Below, piece by piece: positions 20,791 through 31,900 of a stretch of DNA of 64,000 bases. Each line of letters starts with the position of its first letter. Position 1 is the first letter of the stretch. The notes under the pieces are model-generated. The model made no database searches and had not been told where the DNA came from. It saw nothing but the letters and a program-made list of their open reading frames with translations. The position numbers and the translations under genes are program-made. Origin of the DNA: Candidatus Moraniibacteriota bacterium (lineage in GTDB: Bacteria; Patescibacteriota; Minisyncoccia; Moranbacterales; UBA1568); assembly GCA_016699385.1 (NCBI GenBank), contig CP064974.1, positions 806,791-870,790 of the forward strand, in the 5' to 3' direction.

Positions 20791-22416
20791 CTAACGAGAG
20801 TCTTCGTTCGCAATAACGCCCGAAAGATACTCCGGCTTCAATTCATACACATCGGCAAAAGGATAGTGATCAACCAATCGGTACCCTTCCAAGAATCCAA
20901 CATTATCTTTGAGAAGTCGCCAGGTCGAATCACTGTCTGAATTACTGCGCATCACAATCCACCGTACCCAATTGTCCGGATCTTTGATAGCGCTTTCATA
21001 ATACGGACCCGTACCTTCGTGAATAAATCGCCCCATGGGAAGTCCTGAGGAAAAAATAACCGAGTCATGAGAAGCAGCGGAAATGAGAATATATCCCTTC
21101 TGTGATCCGGCATTATCATGAAGCCAATTCGCCACCTCCGTCACATTTTTCTGACTCGCCCCCGTGCGTCCATCATCAATAGTCACAGCATCTTGACTCG
21201 AGAATTGGAAAAAAAGCACAAAGAGCAATGTCCCAATTAGTACTGGACGGATAACTCCTCCCCGATGCACAAGATATCCCACAAAAATTGCAATCGACGG
21301 CATCATGAGAATGCCATAACGAACATTGAACCAGGTATTCCCGGAGAGCCCCTGAATGAAAAGTACCGAATGTCCCAAATAGAGAGCGAGAATATTAAAG
21401 AGAAGAGGAGCAAAAAGGGCAAGCGAGGCAAATCGAGCACGCGACGATATATGCCGATCAAAGAAAAGCATACCAGCGCCAATCGCACCAAGAAAAAGTA
21501 TGAAGGTATTTGTATTATACGCAAGCGCATAGAAATACATTTTTGCTGAGAGAAACCAATCTCCCTTCGTAAGAAGCACTCCGGCCGCCGCCAAGTCGTC
21601 TTGCTGCGCATGCGCGGAATAGGGACCAAAGGCGAAGTACAGCGGATCACCGAAGATGAGCAAATTCCACAAAAGCCACAAGAAAACCCCGAATCCGGCA
21701 AGTGTCGCAAAGAGCACAAATGTCCCCTCAGCCTTTCGGTACCCGCCAGACTTCCACGCAGAGACAAACAGCATGACAGACACGAAGAAGAAGAGAAACC
21801 ACCCGTCATATCGAATAAGTGTCGAGAGCATGATAAACAGCGCCGAGAGAAGGAGAAATGGAAGCCTGCTCCGCGTATACCACAAGAGGAGAAAATATGA
21901 TGCCGCCATCGTGGTCCCAAGAAGCGCAAGCTCCGTCATAGCTGTCGACTGAAGATAGAGAATATTCAGATTCGTCGCAAAGACAATGACCCCCACATAC
22001 CGCCCCAGGAGCCCAATGCCCATCTCGCGCAAGAAAAGAAAGAGCATCACGCCTATCGCAATATAGGAAATCATCGACCAGATTGCACCAGCAAGTCCCG
22101 AGTGCCACATGAAGTCATCCCAAATCGTGAGCGCCATGAGGAGATGCGTGAGTGGCAACCACACGCTTCCCAACTGGGCAAAGCCTGGACGAAGCCCCTC
22201 CACAACACGACGCCCGATATCAAGATGCGAGCGCGCATCATTGTAGGCAAGTCCCAAACCATTGGAGTAGTAATGCGCAAATGCCCACACCGAAACCGCC
22301 GAGAGAATACTCACCACAAGCGCCGTCCCGTGTCTATCGAAGAACACTCGAAACGATTCCAGTCGTTCCCGAGACAAAGAGAAAAGAAGAAATGTTTTGT
22401 TCAGAAGATATTTCAT
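20791..22416 (-). CDS. GT-C fold glycosyltransferase (family 39 / ArnT-PMT-like), polytopic membrane protein
   Basis: 541 aa, more than 10 predicted TM helices, an N-terminal extracytoplasmic loop with conserved acidic residues (LAYNDARSHLDIGRR), and a large C-terminal soluble domain. Confidence 0.7.
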   Translation of the reverse strand: MKYLLNKTFLLFSLSRERLESFRVFFDRHGTALVVSILSAVSVWAFAHYYSNGLGLAYNDARSHLDIGRRVVEGLRPGFAQLGSVWLPLTHLLMALTIWDDFMWHSGLAGAIWSMISYIAIGVMLFLFLREMGIGLLGRYVGVIVFATNLNILYLQSTAMTELALLGTTMAASYFLLLWYTRSRLPFLLLSALFIMLSTLIRYDGWFLFFFVSVMLFVSAWKSGGYRKAEGTFVLFATLAGFGVFLWLLWNLLIFGDPLYFAFGPYSAHAQQDDLAAAGVLLTKGDWFLSAKMYFYALAYNTNTFILFLGAIGAGMLFFDRHISSRARFASLALFAPLLFNILALYLGHSVLFIQGLSGNTWFNVRYGILMMPSIAIFVGYLVHRGGVIRPVLIGTLLFVLFFQFSSQDAVTIDDGRTGASQKNVTEVANWLHDNAGSQKGYILISAASHDSVIFSSGLPMGRFIHEGTGPYYESAIKDPDNWVRWIVMRSNSDSDSTWRLLKDNVGFLEGYRLVDHYPFADVYELKPEYLSGVIANEDSR

Positions 22417-24134
22417 AAGCGCTTTTTCTCAAGAAGACTCTCTCGCACAATGCCAACAAAGAATATTCCCGCCCCAAAAAGAAGCACCGAAACAATTCCC
22501 CAATAATACTGATCGGCGCTCATATGTCGGTTTGCCCATACCTGATAGACAAATGACTTCGATCCATTCTCATGCAAATAATCCCAATTTCGTTCGGCAG
22601 TATATTTCTCTACCTTTCCCGAAAGCGCTTCAATCGCGAGCACTTCGTGTTGCGGAGGATTAGCGCTCGACGTAATCGCCCCAAGCGCATTCACAGAAAT
22701 TGAATACGCAAGAAACGCAAAGAACAGTCCAAGAAAGAAGAAATTTTTCCGCCACTCCGTGAGCGCAATACCAACACCAATGCCGAGAATCGCATAACTC
22801 GGAATGAGATAACGCGATCCAAATGCCCACCCACCCCACGGATCCCCCCACATCGAATACAGCAAGAGATTCACCGCCACCGTCGCCACAAAAACATTTG
22901 CCACTCCATATTCCCCTTTCTTTCGAGCCAAAGAAACAAGACCAAAAATACCAAAGAGTATAACCGGCGCATAGAATATCACACCGCGGTCGGGACTCAC
23001 CAAATGTGAGGAGAAACCCCGCAAGAGATCGCGCGTTTGGAAAAATCCGACAGCCGACTTTGCCTCACCATCATCCACGCTATCAATCGATATATCCGTC
23101 AAATCCCGAGACATAGCTTGCCCATCAGAAGAGATCGTCGTCACTGCCGGCAATGTACCCGAGAGCTTTGTCGGTCCCCCATTCACCGTCGCGTTGTACC
23201 ACAAGAATCCCGCCATCGGCACAGCGAGCACAAGGAGCGTCGGGATAAGGATCGGCCGGACAACAAAGTTTAGCTTCTCACCAGCAGATACGGACACAAT
23301 ACGAGAAAAAGCAAATATTCCAAGCGGCGCGAGCAGAAAAAAATTCGGATTGTCTACACTCACAGAGAGCGCTATGCAAAACCATATACCCGCAAGCGAC
23401 CACCACCCATTCGACCGAAGAAGCAAGAAAAGCGAAATCAAGAAAAGAAACACGGACACATGATGCTGATAGAGCGTCGTCCCATAAGCAAATGCCGGCG
23501 TCCCAAAGAGGAAAGCAATCGCCCCCAAAGACGCCGCCGAGGGGCGCGCACCCAAGCGAATGGCAATCGAACGCACGAGGAGCGCATTCAATAGAGCGAA
23601 TACCGCAATAACCGAAAACGCGCCCACCTGCGAAGCACCGAGCCACCTCCCTGCAATATACCCAGGGGCCACCAAGAGTGATACTGTCGGCGCAAAGAGC
23701 GAAGCATATCGTCCATCGGACGTGAGTCCCAAGTCCGGCGTCACAAAGCGCGCAACTGGAAGAGAAAAGAAAAACGAATGATCCTCCATAACCGAGTAAA
23801 GCAATGCAAATCGCCCCCGCTCAGGAGAAAGCTCAAGCGGTCCCTCTTGCTTCCACTGATTAGTATTCAAAACATCCGCCGTCGGATTCCCCGGCAGACC
23901 TCGCAAGGAAATTGCGAGTACAAATACAAGAAAGATGCCAAATACCAACACTCCGCCGAAATGACGAGTGAAATAAAATCGGGACACCTTTTCTAACTTC
24001 ACCCGACTAGACCGAGCGAACACGAGAAATTTTTTCTTCATACCATGTTTCCATTTTTTGAGCGACACTCTCCCAAGAATTATCCCGTCCATGCTTTTCG
24101 TTGTATTCTCGTATATTCCGTATCTCATCAGCAT
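22413..24134 (-). CDS. GT-C fold glycosyltransferase (family 39 / ArnT-like), second copy; start uncertain
   Basis: 573 aa, polytopic, with a C-terminal periplasmic domain. The start may be the internal MKKKFLVF (24041). The 5' end overlaps the stop of the GT4 gene. Confidence 0.65.
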   Translation of the reverse strand: MLMRYGIYENTTKSMDGIILGRVSLKKWKHGMKKKFLVFARSSRVKLEKVSRFYFTRHFGGVLVFGIFLVFVLAISLRGLPGNPTADVLNTNQWKQEGPLELSPERGRFALLYSVMEDHSFFFSLPVARFVTPDLGLTSDGRYASLFAPTVSLLVAPGYIAGRWLGASQVGAFSVIAVFALLNALLVRSIAIRLGARPSAASLGAIAFLFGTPAFAYGTTLYQHHVSVFLFLISLFLLLRSNGWWSLAGIWFCIALSVSVDNPNFFLLAPLGIFAFSRIVSVSAGEKLNFVVRPILIPTLLVLAVPMAGFLWYNATVNGGPTKLSGTLPAVTTISSDGQAMSRDLTDISIDSVDDGEAKSAVGFFQTRDLLRGFSSHLVSPDRGVIFYAPVILFGIFGLVSLARKKGEYGVANVFVATVAVNLLLYSMWGDPWGGWAFGSRYLIPSYAILGIGVGIALTEWRKNFFFLGLFFAFLAYSISVNALGAITSSANPPQHEVLAIEALSGKVEKYTAERNWDYLHENGSKSFVYQVWANRHMSADQYYWGIVSVLLFGAGIFFVGIVRESLLEKKRL

Positions 24135-25194
24135 TTTTGTTCTGCAAAACGAAAGTTATCTTCTCCCCCAAGGAGACACTGTCTTTCGTCGGCAAAACAA
24201 ATCCATTAATTCCATTACGAATAAGGAGGGGGAGCGCCGTGTTATCAGCCACAATACACACGAGCCCCTGACTCAGTCCCTCGTGCACCACATTACAGAA
24301 GCTCTCCCAAATCGCCATATGCACCATCATCTCAGCATGTTTTATACAATAATATTTGTCGTATCCTCGTATCACTCCAGCAAAAATGACGCGCCCCGAA
24401 ACACCAAGTTCTGCAGAGAGAGACTCGAGCTTCTTCCGATAGGCAACATCCGCTTCCGGTCCAACAATAACAAACTTCACATCAGAAGGGATGTTTGGCA
24501 ACGCGCGAATAACCGTCTCATAATTCTTAATCCCGTAAACTCGTCCCACCTGGATAATATACCGCCCCCATGACTGAACGGTTTGCTTCATAGTATCGCT
24601 CACCTCCATATCCACATCGCCAAATGCCTCATCCTCAAGACCATTTGAGATAACAGAAATAATCTCACGCCTAATACCACACTTGATCATCTCTTGTCGC
24701 TCCCATTCAGATACCGCGCGAACACCGTCAACAGATCTATTAATAAGCCAAGCACCAATAGTATAGTGATATGTCCGCTTCAAGAGCACTTGCCATCTCG
24801 GGAATACTGACCATTCCGGATTGAACCCTCCATGCGGCGTAAGCAAAAGCGCATATCGCTTTCTTCCTAACAGCTTTCGAATCAACGTGTACAGCATAAT
24901 AAAAAAATGCGGCACAACATTGAAATTATGCAAACAAACTGCATCTGTCTGCGCCCATCTAATACGCGGGAAATATCCTGCAAATGTGAAAGGGTACCGT
25001 TGAATAGTCATCCCGCGATGAATCTCCCGATTAGGCAGAACATGTTTCTCTGTGAGAGTATCATTTGAAGCGTGCATCGTAACACTCCAATCATTCTTTA
25101 CAAAAACACTGTACGTTTCTACCGTATTCACCTCTATTCCAGCAGCAACCGGATAGCAATATTTCTCTACAACATCGACATGTTTCGATCGCAT
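24007..25194 (-). CDS. glycosyltransferase family 4 (GT-B fold)
   Basis: C-terminal Glycos_transf_1 signature (FVIVGPE...VIFAGVI...WESFCNVVHEGLSQGLVCIVAD). Confidence 0.8.
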   Translation of the reverse strand: MRSKHVDVVEKYCYPVAAGIEVNTVETYSVFVKNDWSVTMHASNDTLTEKHVLPNREIHRGMTIQRYPFTFAGYFPRIRWAQTDAVCLHNFNVVPHFFIMLYTLIRKLLGRKRYALLLTPHGGFNPEWSVFPRWQVLLKRTYHYTIGAWLINRSVDGVRAVSEWERQEMIKCGIRREIISVISNGLEDEAFGDVDMEVSDTMKQTVQSWGRYIIQVGRVYGIKNYETVIRALPNIPSDVKFVIVGPEADVAYRKKLESLSAELGVSGRVIFAGVIRGYDKYYCIKHAEMMVHMAIWESFCNVVHEGLSQGLVCIVADNTALPLLIRNGINGFVLPTKDSVSLGEKITFVLQNKNADEIRNIREYNEKHGRDNSWESVAQKMETWYEEKISRVRSV

Positions 25195-25198
25195 AGGA

Positions 25199-25918
25199 TT
25201 ATTTAACAGCTTTTATTCCAACGATAAGCGGAAAAGTCTCGTCCTGTAATGCAAGCTCCTCAGAATTCATATCCTCAGCTGCCATGCCCATCCAGAATGC
25301 CTCAGTAACTATTTTATTTCCAAGAGCAGAAACTTCGATTCTATTTGCATCAAAAAACTTTTCGAAAACATATCGAGCCGACCGTGGCGTAAATCGCCAC
25401 AGATTAATGGCAAGGTTCCACGCAGGACTCACCGTTGGCATTGTTACAAGCAATGTCCCGCCTGGCTTCAAAATCCTGCGACATTCACTTATAGCAGACT
25501 GGTAGTCATCTATGACATTGAAGGTCTGAGTCACAATAAGGCAATCATATTCATTGTCAGCAATATGACCAGAAAGATTCCTAAGATCTCCACAAATATT
25601 TGCCTTTGCCGTTGGAAATATATCAATGACATCGCTTGTGGTTACTCGCGATCCACCAAATCTGACAGTATACGAATTATCTACAACCTCGAGACACTTT
25701 CCATAAATCGCCTGTTTGTTCTTCTCAAGAAACTGTTCTATAAACAGTCGATCAACGGGCTTCCCGCGATCAAATCCGTACCGCGTGCTGATAGGCTTCC
25801 GTGATCGTGCACGCATATACGATGCCCGACTCCTAAATGCCCGCATTATATGAGCTCGAATCACATTCAGCACCTTCATAACACCATCCATCCAATATGG
25901 AAATCTCATGAAACTCAT
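25199..25918 (-). CDS. SAM-dependent methyltransferase-like protein (class I fold, atypical motif I)
   Basis: Motif II/post-II (DCLIVTQTFNVIDD...ILKPGGTLLVTMP) typical of the Methyltransf_11/23 families. Confidence 0.65.
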   Translation of the reverse strand: MSFMRFPYWMDGVMKVLNVIRAHIMRAFRSRASYMRARSRKPISTRYGFDRGKPVDRLFIEQFLEKNKQAIYGKCLEVVDNSYTVRFGGSRVTTSDVIDIFPTAKANICGDLRNLSGHIADNEYDCLIVTQTFNVIDDYQSAISECRRILKPGGTLLVTMPTVSPAWNLAINLWRFTPRSARYVFEKFFDANRIEVSALGNKIVTEAFWMGMAAEDMNSEELALQDETFPLIVGIKAVK

Positions 25919-26682
25919 ATGTTTTGCTTCTTTGATTTAAGAACGACGCTCTCAAAATCTATATCTTCGTATCGGATCATCATACAAACTATTTCAGCAA
26001 CCTGATACGGCGAAAGAAATTGTTTCGAATTCAAGGAGGCAAACGTATTCACTGTTCCCGGCATCAGACACGACACACGAATACCATACGATTTCAACTC
26101 ACGATTCAGCGCAAAGGAGAACCCTTCGAGTGCATACTTCGTCATCGCATACACTGTTTTACTTGGACCAACATTCGTGTTGTGACTTATTTTCGATCCA
26201 ATCGTAATAATAAATCCAGAAGCAGCATTTTTCATAAGAGGTATTACCCCTTTTGAAAAAAGGAATGCTCCGCGTATATTTGTCGCAACCATACGATCAA
26301 AATCTTCAGCAGAAATTTCCTCGAGTGGTTTTTCTACCATGTTTATCCCTGCATTGTTAACAAGCACATCTACTTTCCCAAATTTCTTCCGCGCAGATAG
26401 TACAATCGACCGCACAGTTTGTTCGTCAGAAACATCACCTTCTGCAAAAACAAATCGCTTTGACTCCACATGAGGGAATGCTTCTTCGAGGGAACGCAAT
26501 CGACGTGAAACAGCAACTACACTCCCACCCTCAGCATAAATCATCTCCGCAATCGCCTTACCAATCCCGCGTCCCGCACCCGTCACAATGACAACCTGAT
26601 CGCAAAGATTCCGTCCAGAAGGTATTCTGACCTTTGGGTAGAGAAATTGCCTACTAATAAATTGTTTGAGAAACGTGATCAT
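25915..26682 (-). CDS. SDR family NAD(P)-dependent oxidoreductase
   Basis: TGAGRGIGKAIA cofactor motif, NNAG, and the catalytic YxxxK region (YAMTKYALEGF). Confidence 0.9.
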   Translation of the reverse strand: MITFLKQFISRQFLYPKVRIPSGRNLCDQVVIVTGAGRGIGKAIAEMIYAEGGSVVAVSRRLRSLEEAFPHVESKRFVFAEGDVSDEQTVRSIVLSARKKFGKVDVLVNNAGINMVEKPLEEISAEDFDRMVATNIRGAFLFSKGVIPLMKNAASGFIITIGSKISHNTNVGPSKTVYAMTKYALEGFSFALNRELKSYGIRVSCLMPGTVNTFASLNSKQFLSPYQVAEIVCMMIRYEDIDFESVVLKSKKQNI

Positions 26683-26697
26683 ATGTGCTCTAGAGTC

Positions 26698-27207
26698 TTA
26701 TTCTTTTTTTACACTAACACCGATAACAACCGGGAAAAAAGGGTCAACATACTCAAGCTCTTCCTGCCGAAGCTGCACGGCAGGAAAACCCTCCAGAAGC
26801 ATTCGCCCAGAAAAAACATTCCCAAAACTCGCTATTTGGACATTCGTAGAACCGAAATGTTTCTCAAAAATGTACTGCGCGGAAGCAACTGTAAAGCCCC
26901 AGAGATGTTCTTCTTGATGCAGTTTTGGTGCAATCGACGAAAGCGTACAAAGAAGCATCCCTCCCCGAGTCAAAATACGCTTTGCCTCTTCAAGAAGCTG
27001 CTCATACTCATACACCCGGTTCAACAACATTTCTAGCACAACACAGTCAACAGACGCATCAGTATACGCTTTCATAGTAGAGCGCGCTTCAATACGAAGC
27101 GCCGATTCAGAAAATTCCCCGATATTTTTCTCAAGGAAAATCCTTGAATAATACGAATCTACCGCTTCTTCTTCACCGCGCACGGTTACACTTTGTTTAT
27201 GCTTCAT
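26698..27207 (-). CDS. truncated methyltransferase-like paralog of 25199..25918 (N-terminal portion missing)
   Basis: 169 aa. Colinear with the C-terminal two thirds of the neighbouring MTase (DCVVLEMLL...ILTRGGMLLCTL...PVVIGVSVKK) but lacks the N-terminal region. Confidence 0.5.
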   Translation of the reverse strand: MKHKQSVTVRGEEEAVDSYYSRIFLEKNIGEFSESALRIEARSTMKAYTDASVDCVVLEMLLNRVYEYEQLLEEAKRILTRGGMLLCTLSSIAPKLHQEEHLWGFTVASAQYIFEKHFGSTNVQIASFGNVFSGRMLLEGFPAVQLRQEELEYVDPFFPVVIGVSVKKE

Positions 27208-27223
27208 AATATTTTACGATACG

Positions 27224-28081
27224 TCATAAAAATCTTCCGATAATCTTCTTTGCTATTTTTCTGAAAAGAATTGCCGCATCAGTATGAATCGCAAAAAATT
27301 CGTAGTGCGAATGGGTCCGATCAACGCCAACTCTCGGAACAACAAACGGGTCAGTTTCCGGAGAAAGAAACCCATCATCCATAGAAAGAGCGAGATCATA
27401 TCCTGCCTCACCAATCAATCGACGCGCTACCTTTGTATACCGCCCTCTTGGATAGGCAAAGTACCGAACAGGAAAACCAAATCTCTCCTCAAGAACCCTT
27501 TTTGCCCCAGCCGTTTCCTGCTGTATTTGCGCTTCCGACATTTCCCAGAAATCCCCATGTGTTGCACTATGACAACCAATTTCCCATCCCGACACATAAA
27601 GCTCTTGGATTTCCGAGGTCGAAAGAAACTCCCGACTCGTCCCCAATTCTCCGCCATCAACATGTTCCGCATCAGAAAGCACGAAAAGTGTTGGAGAAAT
27701 ACCCTTCTCAAGAAGGAAGTCTTTCACCTCAAGAATATCCCGGTATCCATCGTCAAACGTGATAACAAATGAAGGCTGTTCAATCGAACGAAGACCTCGC
27801 AAGAACTTCCACGCCTCAGATAATGTTAGTGGACGATATTGTGTAAGAAGAGATTCAATCTGTTTTCGAAACACATCTAAATCAATACTAAATCGCCAGT
27901 TATCGCGTGCGATACTGTGATACGAAAATATAACAACCTTGTGAGCTCGACGAGGAAGAAAAAAATCAACACATCGAAGGCACGCGTATACCAATCGACG
28001 CACGAGACAAAGCACATTATTGATACGAGAGGAAATCATACTATAAGAAATATTATCGGACATTCTTCGAACTCGAAGCAA
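27224..28081 (-). CDS. polysaccharide deacetylase (CE4, NodB homology domain)
   Basis: FVITFDDGYRD motif and His-containing motifs (CHSATHGD). Confidence 0.85.
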   Translation of the reverse strand: MLRVRRMSDNISYSMISSRINNVLCLVRRLVYACLRCVDFFLPRRAHKVVIFSYHSIARDNWRFSIDLDVFRKQIESLLTQYRPLTLSEAWKFLRGLRSIEQPSFVITFDDGYRDILEVKDFLLEKGISPTLFVLSDAEHVDGGELGTSREFLSTSEIQELYVSGWEIGCHSATHGDFWEMSEAQIQQETAGAKRVLEERFGFPVRYFAYPRGRYTKVARRLIGEAGYDLALSMDDGFLSPETDPFVVPRVGVDRTHSHYEFFAIHTDAAILFRKIAKKIIGRFL

Positions 28082-28949
28082 CAGTCCATGTCTGACTCAC
28101 ATCTGATTTCGGCGAAAAAAGCGAAATATACGCCATAATACAGACATACCAAGAAACAGCAAGTGGACGCTTTAGAAAAGACAGCGTGAGATGCTTCGCA
28201 AGGAGCGTCTTTGGATACCGATATTCCGCAAGAACCGCATCAGCGCCGTATTCATCTCGGAACAGACTCTGCGAAGAAAGAAACCGTCGACTCTGATTCT
28301 CATGATCACGCAGTGACTCAGGAACGCGTATAGCAATAGCTGCATCACGAGTCGAGGTATATCGAAATCCAAATTTCTTCACCAAGAGATACGAGTAAGC
28401 ATCTTCCCCGACACTTTCTCGAAAACGAAATTTCTCAAAAAATCTTCGAGAAAACGCGCGAGCGGCTCCATGACATTGGTAAATATTGTTCCCACTGTTC
28501 CATTCGGAGAACATATCGCACTTCAATTTATGTCCAGCCACAATGGCATATCCAAAGGCATTTCTCGGTGGAAGCGCGCGAAGCTCCGGAGAGACAAGAT
28601 CAGCACCCTCTCGAATACAACGAATCATTGTCTCAAATACCGAATCGTCCAAGAGAACAATATCAGCATCGAGCAAGATAACCGCATCCGAATCTTGAGA
28701 CATATTGAACACTTCATTCAAACGCTCCGACTTCCCCTTGCGCTGACCATCATCAAACACACATACTCCAGAGGATTCATATCGCTTGGCAATAACTGCC
28801 GTCTCATCCAAGCTCCCATCAGAAATCACCACAATTTTATCAAGAACGAACGAGTCGCATCGTTGCTTCAAGACATCTTCAAGCAAGAACGCAATATTTG
28901 CTTCTTCGTTATATGCTGCTATCCCAACAGTGACAGAAAATGTCCTCAT
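28053..28949 (-). CDS. glycosyltransferase family 2
   Basis: VGIAAYNEEANI...VISDGSLDET...LDADIV (DxD). The 4-nt start/stop overlap with the downstream giant gene indicates translational coupling. Confidence 0.85.
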   Translation of the reverse strand: MRTFSVTVGIAAYNEEANIAFLLEDVLKQRCDSFVLDKIVVISDGSLDETAVIAKRYESSGVCVFDDGQRKGKSERLNEVFNMSQDSDAVILLDADIVLLDDSVFETMIRCIREGADLVSPELRALPPRNAFGYAIVAGHKLKCDMFSEWNSGNNIYQCHGAARAFSRRFFEKFRFRESVGEDAYSYLLVKKFGFRYTSTRDAAIAIRVPESLRDHENQSRRFLSSQSLFRDEYGADAVLAEYRYPKTLLAKHLTLSFLKRPLAVSWYVCIMAYISLFSPKSDVSQTWTVASSSKNVR

Positions 28950-31900
28950 AGTGGTCGATTTTCATCTCGTACAGAAACCACCTCGAGCAGTTGTGCACTC
29001 GATAGATTCCAGTCAAACCTTTCCGCCCATTCCCTTGCAGAAATATTCATATTCAATCGAAGCTCGCGATCCCGAATAAGCAGTAGTATCTTTTCTGCAA
29101 AGGCATCAGCATCTCCATAGGGAACAAGGAATCCAGAATGAGGGTTTTTCACCGAATCACGCAAACCAGGAACATTGGAAGCGATAACTGGTGTACCACA
29201 GGCATTTGCCTCTATAGCAACAATTCCCCAACCCTCCATCATTGATGGATTTACAAGCATCCATGATTCTTGCAGAAGTTTCTTTTTCTCCTCTTCAGAA
29301 ACACGCCCGAGAAATTCTACATGATCTGTCCCAAGTCGAAGTGTTTCAAATGCCAATCGTTTAAGATTCATTTCATCATCGCCATCCCCGGCAATAATAA
29401 GCTTTGACTCCGGACGCTCAGCAACAACCATCTTGAACGCATGGAGAAGTACACCAACTGATTTATATGCTTTGAGTCGCCCGAGGTAAAGAAGCGTTGG
29501 TCGGTCGGATTTCTGTTCTACTGGAACGAAGTCATCAAGATGCACTCCAGGATGAACAACGCTGATTCCCGCCTTACCAATACCAAGAAGCTCCATCTCA
29601 TGTTGACTCGACTGCGACACAGTGACAAAAGGAGCTTTCGAATATACGAGAGGCATCATCGTCTTCTCTAGAAAGCTCGCGAGAAACGCCAGCGGCTTTG
29701 GAAGGAATTGAAAAAACACTTCCTGATGCACATGATGAAGTAGACACACTACTGGCTCCTTTACATAGAGCGGCGTGAAAAACGGAATGCCGTTTTCACA
29801 ATCGATAATCACATCAAATTTCCCGCGAAACCGCGCAAAATAATAGATAACTGCCCACACATAAACCAGATAGAATCCACCACGTCGCACGATGCGAATA
29901 CCATGTCGCGTCTCATGACGCGATTGATGCCCGTCATTTCCACAAAACATTGTCACTGAATTTCCATCAGCCACCCAACGCTTCGCAATTTCCTCGACAT
30001 AGACCTCGGCACCTCCGCCATAAGCATGCTTTGTATCTCGCCAATTGAAAATAAGGACTCGCTTCCCCTGAAGAGGAGCAGTCTCTTCCGGAAAACGACC
30101 TCGAAATGCATCAAGAAAATCTCGAACGGCTCGTTCAAAAAATCGAAAAGATGGCTCCGCAATATGAAGGGCGCTCAATAAGATCCACCCGCAAAGACTC
30201 GAAAGAAAGACGCTGTCTACAATATGGTCAAGCGATGAATGAAATAGAATAATGCCTATCGCTTCTGCTCCCGACATGAGAAGTGCTGCGAAAACGAAAA
30301 TGTATTGCTTTCGAGCCAAATGGTAGGTGACAATAATCGTTGAAAGCGTAAAGAAGGCAATGGCAATGGTGTACATAGGAAGGAACTGCAAAACCGCAGA
30401 AACTTTCCCACCAAAAAGAAACATCGATAAAGCTCCATCAAAAAACCCAAGCAAAACAACACTTCCAGCAACAACACAAGCAGAAAGTCCGTAGATGATC
30501 CAAAATATATTTTTCGTTCCCTTTCCAAGCCCTCTATTTCTCCCTACAAAAGTCACCATGAACATGTTTGGCATGGTGCCCAGGAAGAAAATTACCTTCC
30601 CAACCAACGAAAGAAGTGCGTACTCCCCAGCACCACGCTCAGACATGAAGTGCTTTGCCAATAGCACATCCACAGTCGTAAACATCGCCGTTGATACCGT
30701 CACAAGAATAGCTGCGGAGAAAAATTCCAATGGAAACGTTCTGGACTGAGGAGCATTCAGAAGAGATTTTCCTGCACCGGGAATAAGAAAAAACGAGGAA
30801 AATGCAGCAAGAATTACACTCACAGGAATCGACAGGTAAACATACTCATGCAAACCAGAAAACACGAAGCCTAGAGCAATAATCAGCTTACTTCCTGCTT
30901 CAACAAGAGAAAGAATTGCCGCCGCCCGAAATCGAAGCGCCCCCTGAAGATATCCGAAATTTCCAAATGCCAGGAGCCCACCAGCCAGAAGTGGCGCAAA
31001 CGAAAACAGAAGAAGAACATCGCCTACATGGAAAAATCGCGACAGTGCCGGGACAGCAAAGAGCCAAAGCGCTGTCACAAAAACAGACGCAATGAGCCCA
31101 ATCCGCATAATAGACGCCCAGAATACAAGCGCTTCCTTCTCACCATTTCTCGCAGAAAGATACGAGACTTCCCGATTGATTGTTGTTGAAAATGGACTAA
31201 TGAAAACAAGGGCGAGATACCAAAGTGTATTCAGAAGTGCAATCATCCCAAGCGTCTCGAACGACAACATTCTTCCCAAAAAGGCATTAAACGCAAAGTT
31301 CAGTACATTGGAAAGAAATGTCGCAATGACGAAAAGTCCTTCCGCAGAAAATGCAAAGTCCAAAATTGGCCGTGTATATTCTCGAGAAGAAAACTTCCGA
31401 AGTAAGGCACCAATAGACCGAGATTGTCCGGAAATCCAAGAAAATGTATTGGAAAAATATCTCAAAACTCCACGAGTACCCCTTTGCAAAGAAGTTGCAA
31501 AAAAATTCTCCGGCGACACCCGTATCGATGGCCCCAATACTTTCTCAACTTTTTTCTCTGAAGCGCCATCAAGAGTTTTCTTTTTTCGCTTCAACAAATG
31601 AAGTCCATGCGTCGTCTTCTCCCAATAGTGCGGTTTCACGAGAAGCTGATATGCCGCCATCACTGCCGCAACTGATACCAGAAGCCAGTAGAATGGAATA
31701 AGAAATACCCATTTCATAAGCTCCCACTTCTCCCGCTTGGCACACCCGATCATGTAGTAGTACATCGCGAGGAAGTTTCCGAAGATAAGCGAAACAACGG
31801 CCATGTAAAAAACCACCGGCGGATAGAGTGCCTCAATAGCTGGACCGACAACCGGACGAAAAGCAAAATACAAAATCGTCTGAAGCCACAAGAGTGGATT

